NCBI GenBank assembly: GCA_010015585.1 | Contig: ML975154.1 | Strand: one strand, 5' to 3' | Length of the DNA stretch: 64,000 nt | Source: Eremomyces bilateralis CBS 781.70 | Lineage: Eukaryota | In this document: positions 1 through 13,322 of the stretch, one piece after another | Layout of the letters: every line of letters starts with the position of its first letter | Position numbering within the stretch: position 1 is the first letter of the stretch | Made by a program: the position numbers and the translations under genes | Notes under the pieces: generated by a model | The model's database searches: none | What the model saw: only the letters and a program-made list of their open reading frames with translations | What the model was told of the DNA's origin: nothing

Positions 1-50
1 AGGCCCCGGAGATGCTTGTCGACGAATTGTACTGACCCATACAACCATAG

Positions 51-744
51 CTTGCAGCACTATGGGTAACTGCATCTTTCCCAGGCAATGTGTTTACTGC
101 CTTCTTCGTAGACAAGATTGGACGGCGGTTCTTCTTGCTAACCGGGCTGGCTGGACTTGTTGTGACCAACAGTTTCGAAGCCGCGTTGCAAGCGCAGTTC
201 CTTGGAACTGACAACACTGCGGGTCAGAAAGCCGCTGTGTTCTTCATATTCCTCTTGTACGTAGTGCAACCCCTTGCCAGAACTAGAAGCCCAGAAACGC
301 TAACCGATGCTCGACAGTATCTTCTTTTGGTCTACTTTCCTCGATGCGAGCCAATTCGTCTATCTCGCTGAGATATTCCCAACCCACATCCGATCCCAAG
401 GAGTGGCTCTTGGTATGGTCGGGATGTACACCAGTTCGATCATTCTGCTGGTAGCCGGACCGATCGCGTTGGATGAGATCACGTGGAAGTTTTATCTCAT
501 CTTGATCATTCCAACAGCATTGCATTTCCTCAACGTGTACTTCTTCTTCCCCGAAACCAAGCAGCGGTCACTTGAAGACATCAACCAGGCATTCGGAGAA
601 CAGGTGGCAGTGCATTATTACGGAGCGACCGCTGAAGAGGAAGAGGAATATGCAAAGGCAATGGCAGACCTGGAAGTGAACGGTGTGTCTTCCGGGGAAG
701 ACAGTAAGAAGAAACTTGTTGTCGAGCAAGTCGAAAATGCTTGA
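51..744 (+). CDS. MFS sugar transporter, 3' part (5' end outside window)
   Basis: ORFs 90-371 and 307-744 are joined by an intron 257-317 (GTACGT...CTAAC...CAG). Motifs VDKIGRR, YLAEIFPTHIRSQG and FFFPETKQRSLEDI are typical of sugar porters. An acceptor AG lies at 49-50. Confidence 0.9.
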
Positions 745-1068
745 TTGTATCCCTCGCAACGGGATACCGTAACAACCCAGTACAATGGCCGGGTTCTCCC
801 AGCATAAGAAATGTGCCTCCTTGAGATCCGTCAAATTTTGTTCGTCCCTCTGTTTAAGAAGCAAATAAATATAGATGCTGGACTTGGTTGATGTTCCCAA
901 CTTTGGTTGGCTGCAGAACCGCTTCGCGCACCCTGAACTCTGAACAATGGCAGCCAAGCACCTTCAACAGGATAAACCGTTCTTGGACACGGGAATCAAG
1001 CCTTCGTTGATTCGACGGGAGAAATTCAAATGGCTAGGAAATGCTGCCAGTGGCGATAGCTGATTGTC

Positions 1069-2163
1069 CTACCTGCCAGCAAAGACCTTGACAATATCAG
1101 ACAACGCGCCAAGCCATCCCCTAGCCTTTTGAACTATGTTGAGTAGGACTACCATGCGTCTCGTGAATACCTCGGAGTCTTCCCAGTCCTCAGCGTATGC
1201 CTCCCAGATTGCCTTCTCTTCACCGCCTTCTCCAGGCCCGAAACCGACAAATTTCCAATCCCCAGAATCTTCTTGCTTGACCCGGACCTTCGGGCCGATC
1301 ACCACAGAGCGACCAAGGATTCTCGAGTCCGCAGTCAGTCTCGTGGCCGCTTCGACAACGTCTTCCACCTTTCCATATGCTGCACCAGCCATGAGTAGAC
1401 GGGCTTCCGCTGGAACGATGGGAGTTTCAATGAAGTAAGGGCAAAGTAGGTTTACTCTCACGCCTTGTACGAAAGAGCTGCCTCGTAGGCACCTGAAGAG
1501 TCCAAGCACTCCATGTTTTGCCGTCCCGTACTGAGGCTGATTGGCGATAGGCCCTAGGGATGCCACGCTTCCAGTCAGGAGAAGTAATCGATCTCGTTTG
1601 AAGCTTGCATTCTCGGGATTGGCATTCACACTGCAATCGAGGCTGCCAGGGTTGTTTGGGAGGTAGTGAAAAGCAAGGTGCGAGGTGTACATGACGCCAA
1701 TGAGGTCGACCTCCAGGATCTTTAAGTTCGGTTTTTGAACTTCGCCATTGCGCACAACTGGCATTTGCATTGGATCGGTTCCTGCAATTCCAGCATTCGC
1801 GACCACCACATCTATCCCTTTGTGAGGGCTCAAGCGAACGGCTTCCTTGAACATCTGAACTTGAGCATCCCAGTCACAGACATCGCACTTGACGAACCAC
1901 ACATTCTCGTTCTTAGTTTCTAACCGGATCGAAGCAACAGTAGACGTTCCAAGCTTTTCATTGATATCTCCCACAACAATACTCGCGCCGGCTGCAGCCC
2001 ATCGGCGTGCGAACCCTTCGCCGAACCCGGATGCTCCTCCGGTAATTAGGATATGTTTTCCCGAAAGCCATGATTCGGAGTACGGGATGGAAAAGTCGAG
2101 TGGGGGTGACTGCCTGATCGACTTCGTGAGGTTAAACGGCGCATATTCATTGGTTGTAGACAT
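1069..2163 (-). CDS. Short-chain dehydrogenase/reductase (classical SDR)
   Basis: TGGASGFG Rossmann motif, VVANAGI, catalytic YGTAKHG (YxxxK). ATG at 2163. The 3' end might be spliced (GTAGG near 1070). Confidence 0.88.
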   Translation of the reverse strand: MSTTNEYAPFNLTKSIRQSPPLDFSIPYSESWLSGKHILITGGASGFGEGFARRWAAAGASIVVGDINEKLGTSTVASIRLETKNENVWFVKCDVCDWDAQVQMFKEAVRLSPHKGIDVVVANAGIAGTDPMQMPVVRNGEVQKPNLKILEVDLIGVMYTSHLAFHYLPNNPGSLDCSVNANPENASFKRDRLLLLTGSVASLGPIANQPQYGTAKHGVLGLFRCLRGSSFVQGVRVNLLCPYFIETPIVPAEARLLMAGAAYGKVEDVVEAATRLTADSRILGRSVVIGPKVRVKQEDSGDWKFVGFGPGEGGEEKAIWEAYAEDWEDSEVFTRRMVVLLNIVQKARGWLGALSDIVKVFAGR

Positions 2164-3316
2164 GGTTCTCGATTCGCTTCTTTCAAGCAATTGAAAGGGT
2201 GCGGGATGCTACTAGCAGATGTGCCACAATTCCTTAAGCCTTTTTGTATGATATAGTTCTTGAATTAGTGAAAACTTTGAAAGGATGCGGAGTTCGACGA
2301 ATCCAGATATGAAGCGGGAGTAATACGACACACTTGAGGGTGCAATCTTGTCGCAAGAAAATCTATGCTATTTTTAGGTATTTCAATAATTAAGTTAGGA
2401 CCTAATTAGTAATTACATACTACCCTTCTCATCTTACTTGATAGCCCCTGTGTCAGACGTGTCTATATAAACCGCTCTATCCTCACCCAAAATCCTAGAT
2501 CTTTGTCCCCCAGTGATGGGGTCCCCTCTATATTGCTGATGGCACCTATCTCTCCTAATTATCCCTTGCCAAAATCAAGCGATTCTTGATTCAACAAATC
2601 TTAATGTGGAGCCTCGGTACGTCCGTGCTGTGCCTATGATCTGTATGGATGTGTTCTGGACATCTAGGAAGACTACGGTATTAGAATGCAGGAATGGAAG
2701 ACATGTCTACCGTTGCTTGGTATCAGATCTATTCTCTTTCGGACACAGGAGATTCATGCTTGCCTTCCTGAAGGCGGAGCTGTCTAGCGATTAAACCGCT
2801 TGCGCAAGCTCGCTCCAGAATGATCCATCTCTGGTGAGATTTGTGGCACGGTTTGGCTCCCCTGAAGTAGGGACGACATGGGTACAGATAAGGTACAAAC
2901 AGAGGGATTCAAGTGACGACTAGACCAAATGCCATGCTGAAGCCATTTACAAGTCAAGAGCTCGACAGCGATATCTAGAATCGTTGCGCCTTTGTCGAAG
3001 GTGAATTCTATTCCATTAGTATCGTCAAGTACATTGAAATCCATAACTCTATCGTAACTATACTCTCCTCTCTCTGGGCCATATCAATTCCACTGGACGA
3101 AACCAATGAACTTAAAGTATACCCCCCCAGGGTTGAGAAAAACCAAAGCTGCTCCCCATATTGGACCTTACCTTGCTAGAGTAGAGGCAAGACCTCATAT
3201 CTGCCGATTGTACCTTCTAGTCAGATAAGCCTGTATATCTTCCCGGTTTATGAATGTCGGGGGGCGTACGTCAAGTGCGTCGTGCCATCAATTTCGTCCG
3301 TCTTAGGTCCACTCAC

Positions 3317-5265
3317 CTAGCACATCCCCATCAAACTCATCATGCCCCCCAGCTCCCCCACATCCGCCATGTCCACCTCTTTCAGAAGACCTTCCACCTC
3401 CTTCGGATCTTTGATCCTCCAAAATTTGTGCACCCCTTTCACCAGCCTCTCGCTAATTTTCTTCACCTCTTCCTTTTCAATTGCCGCGAAACACACCCGA
3501 TAGCATTTCCACGCATCCTCCACCAACACCTCCTCGCTCGCCGCGAATATCTGGCCGGGGCTCAACAGGACCTTGAACGGGTCTTGCATCCAATACACCC
3601 ACAATGCCTTACTCAGCTTTTCCCCGGTGAACTTTCCCTCCCGCCCTCGGTTGGTAAATAACGGGTGCGTCTCGAACGCGAACCGCAACCAGATGAACAT
3701 GCCACCAAGCGGCCGCATGAAGTTAAATGTAGCGACTTTCTCTACGACGGCCCAGTCCTCGGTGCCGATGGAGGTTTCAAGAGAGAGGCGCCGCCCGTGC
3801 TTGAGGACATGTCGGCCCGAGGAGAGAACGTCGCACATTTCGGACATCCGGCGCTCATATTCGCCGCGTAGGCCTTCCAGCCAGCGGATCCAGCCGTCGA
3901 ACTGCCAGCCGACGGCTTGCTTTTCCTCGCCCGAGTCTTGCGCCTGGGCGCGAGAAAACCAGCCCGTTGAATGAGGCTTGTGGTCGGTGGTTCGAGGGCC
4001 GGACGCGGAGGATGCTTGGGATGGCCCCATGATTAGCTCGGCGATCATGCTCTGCACAAAGCCGCTGGGCTGCTGCGTCGAGGTTTCGGTGATTCTGAGG
4101 ATCCGCTCGACGAGAGCGGGTTGCGCGGTGATCCATCCGAGACGGCATCCGGGGGCAACGGTTTTGGAAAACGTATCGAGCCGGACGACGCGGCCGTCAG
4201 TGTCGATGGTGAGGTAGGAGGGGACAAGAGAGCGGAGGAAAGGCGGCCGTGAATCGCTGATCCGTGCATCATGTCGGGAAAAGGCGGGGTCTGGAGGGTA
4301 AGAAGATGGATATTGAAGATACCAGTAGGGCTCGTCTTCAATGATAATGATGTCGTATTGCTGGCAGAGGGCGTAGAGTTGCTTTCGACGCGGAACACCG
4401 AGGGTTCCGCTGGTGGGATTCTGGCCGATACTGCATGCTGTGAGCCACCTGTACGACCAACTTAAAGACTCATTCTTGTGCCAAAAACTTACGTGACCGT
4501 ATACATCAAATGCGGCATTTTCCCCTTCTTCAAATCCCAATTCTCCAACACCTCTCTCAGCCCTCCTTTCCCCTCTGCCACCATCCCCTCATTGTCAATC
4601 GCCACCGGCACGACATTCATCCCCCTCGGTTCTGCCGTCTGAATCGCATTCATATATGCATATTCTTCCACCAATAACCCTTCCTTCTCCTCAATCGGAT
4701 CATGGGCCCCATCCCATTCGTTATTGAAACATTGAATCGCTTTTGAGAAACCGTCCGTGGATCCACATGTTAGGATCACTTCCGGCCCTCCTGCGTACGG
4801 AATGTGCGAATGCAGATGCTCTCGTGTGAACTCCCGAATGAACGAATGTAGAGCCGGATATCCTTCTGCGGTACCATATTGAAGTGCAGTCGTCAAGTCG
4901 ATCTTCCGGCTGACGTCTGCGTCGTCAGTTCTCGGCACGAGGAGGCGAGATGCCGGCAGTATCGACGGTTCGTCAGACGAGCTCCTTGACGCTTTCACAG
5001 TCGTCTTTTGTGGGTTTATATCCTCAGCCGCCGTTCCGTCCATCGGTTGCCATCGGTTCGCATGAGCTACTGTTGCCTCAAATGTATCGTAAGGGAAATA
5101 AGACGGATTCGGGAGTCCGCCTGCAAGCTGGCCAATTCCAGGGATCTCGAAGAATTTGTAGAACTTCTTGATGTTTGACGACTTGCGGTTCTTGGTGGTT
5201 CTAGAGAGGTGGTGGGTAAGGTCCTTTGGTTCCGGGAGAGGCATAGTCTCCGACATTGATGCCAT
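3317..5265 (-). CDS. ARO8: PLP-dependent aromatic/2-aminoadipate aminotransferase (class I/II, Aro8-like)
   Basis: Two ORFs joined by intron 4492-4431 (GTAAGT...CAG). Motifs LAGGLP, ALQYG, GQNPTSG, IIEDEPY and DTFSKTVAPGCRLGW (PLP lysine). Confidence 0.88.
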
Positions 5266-6285
5266 GGTTCGCTGTCAGTTAGAGGGAGAAAAAGGCTTGC
5301 TTGAGATGAAACGAGCATTCAAACCTTGAGGTATTCAAATGATCAAGAGAAAGGCCTCAATTCAACCAGAAGATGGCCGCAAGAAAGGGTTACTGGTAGA
5401 TTGATAAGCAGATATCATGGAACTTCTGTTATCAACACGGCCAATACCAATGGCACCTCGCTCATCGCTGATCTCGGCCGCCAGCACTGTTGGGCCGTTA
5501 AACCTTTGAGCGTTTCCACCTCTTGCTGCACAGCACCACCAGCGCTAGAGTCCAGACCCTGGCGGGTCCGATTCGGCACTCCAAACTCCAGAGACCGCCC
5601 CATCTTGGCATCGCCATATCCAGGGCAGATAGAGCTAATGGCGAACAGAGTGCTAATAATGCGCCCTAGGCATACAGTATGATCAGTACTCCGTTACTCC
5701 GTACTTCGTAGTACTATTATCCTTTAGTCGGTACCCGTACACCGCACGGCACACATCAGTCATCAGGTGTTCCAGGTCTGAATGCGGTTCGGGTGTGGTC
5801 AAAATTGGTCGTTGAGACTTAGGAGTCCCGAACGGAATTCTTCCATTTCACGAAACTCTCAGATCATGGCGGCCAGCAGCCTTTTAATACTTCCTAATCT
5901 TCTAATGTCGTTATCCCTCAGCGTGATTATGTGATTGTGTTCCAGGACTAATGATCTCCCACTCATCCCAGGGGCCAGGGGTTGCCACCCAGTAATAGTA
6001 CTACGGTAATAATAGCGACCATCATGTCAGCGCTCGGGTCCCTCCAAAATCCAAAATCCAATGCTCCAGCTTAACTAAAACCGATGCTGCTTCGGTCCTA
6101 GCGCCGATCCAGATGATGGAACAGTGGGACCAAATGCATACGCACTCCAGCCTCCAGGTCGGTGCCATGGATGGGACTTCAGGTCACTGTGACTTTGGTT
6201 CTTCAGCCGATCGACGACACCGCGCTTGCAGCATCGCCATTCTGCTTCATAAAGAGAGTGTCTCCAGGCCATCCTGGTGATTAGC

Positions 6286-8269
6286 ATGTCCTCCTCTGTA
6301 CCCCTCCTCGACCCCGAAGAGCCACCTAGCCCGCAATTCCGCGACGATATTTCCGAACCATCCTCGGAGAACGCCTTCACGCTGAATGAAAGCTTCTCCT
6401 TCCGGCGGAGACGGAATGAATACTTCGAGTCTTCGAAGATGATGAAAAAATTCCAATTCTTAGAGAAATATGTCCCCACGAGGGTAACGAGGGCTTGGGA
6501 AGCATTGGGAGGGTGGGTGGTCGGCCCAGACCCTCCTCGGCCTTATCAAATACGTCCTTTCTTTCCGATGATCCAAGTGGCACCGATTCGATTGTTGGAT
6601 AGATATTGCCCAAAAAAGAAGGATAAGATCACGCTGCTTATTGCGACATATGTCGTATGGTTCATATTATTTGTGGTGGTCCTCCACAAGTCCGCCTTTG
6701 CGGAGGATATTCCGGGCTACGGGTCTCCTACGCGGGTTACCTGTCATGCACGACACTGGTAAGGCTCCTGGAGGTTTGATCGCAGGACATATCTGACATG
6801 GTTGTAGGGACGGTCCGGGCAATGAATGCGGTGTAAATGGTCGCGATTGCAGTCCGTTCGACAACGCTACATTTGCCTTCCGCTGTCCAGCCAGCTGCGA
6901 GAAGGCAGAAGTGCTTGAACCATACGCTGTTGGTGGCCAAATAGTCAATTATCGACCACTGGTCATCGGTGGGCCGAAAGAGTTAGATAAGGGCGTTCAA
7001 TCCAATCTCTACCGTGGCGACTCGTTCATATGCCCCGCTGCGATACACGCTGGCTTCTCAACCAAGCGTAGTGGCGGGTGCGGAGTAATCGCATTGATCG
7101 GCGAGCAAAACGAATTTCCCAGCACCAAGGCGAACGGTATCGAAAGTATTGGATTTGACTCCTACTTCCCTCTCTCGTACTCCTTCGTTGACGGCACGGC
7201 GGCGCAGTGTCCCGACCTTCGGTGGCCATTATTTTCCGTTTCCCTCACGTTTACTATCCTTATCTCCCTCTTCACCACTGACCCAGCTGTCTTCTTTTAC
7301 TCCATCTTCGTTAGTGTCTTCATGCATGTCGCCCTCGCGTCTGATCCACCTAGTCTCACGGATTACTATACGGTCATCAGTCTCACCCTTGGCCGCTTCC
7401 TCCCGTCGATGTTTATCGCCTATGTCATGTTCCGATACCCAATTAAGTTTCAGCTAACCGGGCTGACCGCACAATTCGAGAAGACGGTCCTCTGGCTTGG
7501 CGCCTGCTGGGTCGGCGCATTTAACAACTATACATTTGACCGTATTCCTATCTCCCGGCTAACTCCGCACGATCTCAAGCAACAACCAGGAGCAATCCCG
7601 GCGCTGGTCATCATCGTCCTATCCCTCCTTGCTATCGCTCTCGGCCAAGCATGGTGTTTCCGCGTGGAGGGCCGCATGCCACGATACCTGAAACTCTACG
7701 CCGTCTTTGTCCTAGGAATATTGATCATGGTGGCGATCCCGAAGATGAGCCTGCGCATCCACCACTATATCCTGGCGCTTCTCCTCCTTCCTGGCACGGC
7801 CCTGCAAACGCGTCCAAGCCTGATTTACCAAGGTCTACTCATTGGCCTGTTCATCAATGGCATTGCGCGATGGGGCTTTGACTCCATTCTGCAGACCCCG
7901 GACGAACTGCGCGGCGGCGCACAGCTTGGATCTTTGCTTCCCGTCCTGCTCCCGGAGTTCCCGAAAATCAATCTGAACTTGGATCTCGCCATCCCGGCGA
8001 ATATCACCTTCGCATGGGCGGCGCCTCCCATTGAGGAGGGATACGATGGTGTCAGTGTGTTAGTCAATGATGTGGAGCGCTTCAACAGGGTTGATGATGG
8101 GAAGAAGGACACGAGGGAATTCGCTTGGGAGAGACATGAGGAAGGATGGCCGGAGTATTTTAGGTTTGCGTATTTGACGGGCAAGAGGAGTAGGGGAGAT
8201 TATACAAAGGCCGGGACGTGGGATGGTAACGGGACTTGGATTATGATGGAGCCAGGGCCGAGTAAATAG
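6286..8269 (+). CDS. LCCL-domain multi-pass membrane protein
   Basis: Intron 6759-6807. LCCL-like YRGDSFICPAAIHAG, Cys-rich luminal part, several hydrophobic helices, RIHHYILALLLLPG. Confidence 0.82.
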
Positions 8270-8823
8270 ATGTAGATACTCGTTTTATATCCTGTGAATA
8301 TTTGAAATCTTACATCTATGGCCCTTGTGTTCAAATGGCCGCTTTTGATACCTCCCGCAATTGCACAATCAAGCCGCAATTCCTCCGTCCAGTCGGAATT
8401 CACCCTGGAATAATTATGCATATTGAACGTTTTGCTATACACGCCGTGATTGGGCGGTCGTAGATCGTATTCTAACTCGCTTGAAGGACTCGATTACTCT
8501 TCAACCATGTGGATGCATCACCTGAATGCTTGCAGAGCCTCGGCCTGACTCGGTAGAAACCCCACTGAACGCAACGCCATTCCCAAGTTTACCGCGTGAG
8601 CTACAGGCGAGAGACGTTGCCTCCCCGACAGCCAAAGCCGCCCTCGTTCGTTTCGGATGTCCGGCCATGAGGTTGCCGAGTTCTCAGTCTAGACTGCGGT
8701 TTGTTTAAATAGTATTTGTTGACAGCGATTTGCACTCCTTCAGATTTCCATAGCGTCGCCTTACCCTTCCAGTACACCGTCCCGTATCCTAGACCCTCGT
8801 TCCGTTGTAGATACCCCGACAAG

Positions 8824-10044
<1,221 letters not shown>

Positions 10045-10227
10045 AGATTGGAGGCTGCATTTGATTGAAGGATTTCATGGATACGATTCGCTGTATTAGA
10101 CAATTCTAAAAGATCATTTTCTCCGTCCGCAAGTCGCGTCCAGTTGAATTGTCCAACTAACCGCTAAGTCGTCCAAGTTGGGATTGTCATTGCTACACTG
10201 GCTTGTTCACTTCCGGTATTTACTTTG

Positions 10228-10836
10228 GGGAAAAGATCGACCTACACCCCCCCAAAGGCTCAACCTACACCCTTCGCACGTGAATTTGAATTCCTGCAAT
10301 CTGATTGGTCCATTTAGGAACGGTCATATAGCACGTGACTTATTTTGACGACGTCCCTATGGCGCGGGCACCCTATCACCCATTTGGGGCAACCCCCAAA
10401 ACCCATTTTGGGCAACCCCCACCCACCCGTCTTGGGCACCCGACCACCCATTTTGGGCGACCCCTACCACCCATTTTGCACTCCCTGTACCACCACTTTT
10501 GGGCACTCTTTGCCGCCTATACGGCCCTCGACCACTTCTACGCCGCCACAACGAGCGGCTAACCCAAAACTGGGGATAGGGTCTGCCTAAAACGGGTGGT
10601 CGTAAGTGCCACAGATGGGTGGTCGGGTGCCCAAGACGGGTGGGTGGGGGTTGCCCAAAATGGGTTTTGGGGGTTGCCCCAAATGGGTGATAGGGTGCCC
10701 GCGCCATAGGGACGTCGTCAAAATAAGTCACGTGCTATATGACCGTTCCTAAATGGACCAATCAGATTGCAGGAATTCAAATTCACGTGCGAAGGGTGTA
10801 GGTTGAGCCTTTGGGGGTGTAGGTCGATCTTTTCCC
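10228..10836. mobile_element. Non-autonomous Mutator(MULE)-like MITE/foldback element, 609 bp
   Basis: Long TIRs 10228-10451 and 10615-10836 (GGGAAAAGATCG...CGATCTTTTCCC), differing only in a C7 vs C5 run. Exact 9-bp direct repeat TTTACTTTG at 10219-10227 and 10837-10845. No transposase. Confidence 0.93.
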
Positions 10837-11603
10837 TTTACTTTGTTCGGGAACTTTCTTCTAGACCCCTAAATTATTCACGAATCGACTATCGTTTGTC
10901 AACTGCTTTTATCCAACGGCATCAAACCTCTCAACCACGCGCTGTTGACATAAAACTCTCATGCATAACAAATCTTCCATTTCAAATTTGTGGAGTGTTT
11001 CTCATATAAATTGCTTACGGGCCACCGAACGCGAACGAAATCGGAGACGCTAAAGGTTGCCTCCAGGGCCTCAAAAACTCGCAACCAAACCATTCTTCTC
11101 TAAGTTTTGCTAATTGTATCTTTCAAATACGGTTTAGACTACCACGGTCTGTGGCAATCTGGCTACCTGGAATTCCACGGCCTGAACCTCGGATCGAAGG
11201 TTTCCACGAGTCTCTGATGACCTCTCGAGGGCAACCGGTCATCCTGCTATCCGGCATAGGTAGTCTACATACGCCATGAGGTGTCCGTTAGGCGCGAAGA
11301 CATAATGCGAGACTGGGGCGATGGATACCTACTGTACTTAGTATGAAGGTAGGTAAATATCTGTTCCTAGGATTAATACGTTACTACTCCGTAGCACTTA
11401 GTACGTGCCGTGCAGCATATATGTTCAGTGCCAGCAACGCAGTCAGGGTCTCAGCTTTAGAGGTAAAGGCTTACTATTAACTGTTGCAATGCGTGTCATA
11501 TTTACGAAGTAGCGCGAAGGATATGAATGAATATGCTGATATATCAACAGTTCCAAAATGGTATTCCCCAATGTTTAATACAGAAAACACACCGTTTACG
11601 AGT

Positions 11604-12437
11604 TCAGTAGATTCCAGGGAACAGCTTGTACGGCACCTTTGCCTTATACTGCCTCCACTGCTCTCCGTATCGGAGTGACATGTAGTCATTCATCACCGCA
11701 ACTCCTCTTTTCCCTAAATCATTCCCATGAAATGCTACCGTCGCCAGCCCTGCGAGCCAATCCGATGCCGCCAGGGTATAAGACGATCTCCAGAGGATGA
11801 ATCCCCCATAGTTGATATGCCTAGCATATTTCCAGAACCCCACCGTGCAGATCTTTCCCTGATTCTCCGGCTTGTTCTTGAACACCTTCCTCTGGTGCTC
11901 GGAGCCGGTCTCAAGTAGACTGCCGAGAAGATATCCGACGAAACCGATGACAATCGGTGCGGGGAGGTCGATTCCGGGAATGCGCCAGGTGGAATTGATA
12001 CTCGAGGTCGCAGCCCAAGTGATTAAGATGGAGCCGATGCTGTTCACGAGGACACTGAAGGCAGGTATAGATAGAGCAGCGAACATTGACAACTTCTCCT
12101 TCGCGAGGAACAGGATTCAGTAATAAATTCGTATTGTACTGCTTGCGGTCATCAGGAGCATGAGCAGCTGCGGGAGCGGTAGATCCAAGGAATCGATTGC
12201 GGAGAGGCCGGTCCGGAAAGCAGGTTGCGCGGAAATCGGTGTTAGGCCCAGTTTCGTGAGTAGTGTTACCCCAAGTCCTCCGCGCAAGAGTGCATACTGA
12301 AGCGGGAGGTCGAGGGTGCGTAAGCCGATGAAGGTGAAGGTAGCTACTGGTGAAGGTCCTTTCACACCACGCCTCATCATGTCGAACTCTTTTGCTTTAA
12401 ACGGCTCATTAGAGCTTTGAGATTTAGAGTCGGCCAT
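11604..12437 (-). pseudogene. DUF1295 / steroid 5-alpha-reductase-like membrane protein with in-frame TGA at 12119-12117
   Basis: ORFs 12117-12521 and 11604-12092 are in the same frame (RIYY*ILFLAKEKLSMF). C-terminal motifs ETGSEHQRKVFK, GFWKYARHINYGG, YGEQWRQYKAKVPYKLFPGIY. No intron evident across the stop. Confidence 0.72.
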
Positions 12438-12788
12438 GGTGGCCTTGCGGGCGGAATCGATGGGTATACGATTTAGAGGGAACATGGCAACATGCGTCGA
12501 ATATGATCCCACGGTCCTCAATGGGAACTCTTGGAGCTGGGTATTCCATTGCAGTCGTTGAACGGACTTATAAACACTAGCAGCTTCTCAACTTTAATTA
12601 TCATTTGGAATTAAGCTCTGCCGGCCGAGATTACTCCGAAGGGATATATGTCAGCCAGACATATATGATCGTGGATTGTCAGCATCATTCCGAGAACGGA
12701 CGAAGTTGAGAGCGTGCCGCTCAATTCTTCGCCCCTACGGACCCGAATCTTCTATGAATACGGCCGTAAGGGTTGGTGTTTGACATGT

Positions 12789-12833
12789 CGGACATGTCAA
12801 TCTCGGACGTGTCAATCACGGACATATCAATCG
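12789..12833. repeat. 3 x 15-bp imperfect tandem repeat (CGGACRTRTCAATCN)
   Basis: cggacatgtcaatct / cggacgtgtcaatca / cggacatatcaatcg read directly. Confidence 0.8.
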
Positions 12834-13322
12834 GCCGGTACGCCGGGCTCGAAATAGACGGAATTGAAGAACGGATTTATTGCTTGAAATGACGAAGCAT
12901 AAAGAAGGATGCAATTGGGATTTTGATCCCGTAATCAAAGCGTAAGCCGTGAGGTCGGCGTTAACTGATGCCGAGTCCTACGCCAACAGGGCTGACACTG
13001 ACTGGAGAGACTGGAGGACCTTGCGTTCTCCACGATATTATGATGGCTTTGCTTAAGACCAGGCGCTCGTCTAGAAATTCAGATCTTTTCTAGGCACATG
13101 GTGCGATACTGGACGATGGATGCTGGAAATAAACTTGACTGTCATTGTGTGCTATTCGTAACAGTATGAGATCCAATCGCTAATTGAACTGTTTTAATCC
13201 ACAAGCAGGGCCTGCTATGCACAGGTGTATACGGTCTATTCCCTCCCATGTTAATCAACCAACATGTAAACACTACAATAAGCTGACCCATGTCCCGAAA
13301 CTTCACCGTATGAACCTCTTCA

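Noticed and set aside
10335..10731. Identical ORFs MTYFDDVPMARAPY on both strands
   Set aside because: A consequence of the element's inverted repeats; GTG starts and no protein features.
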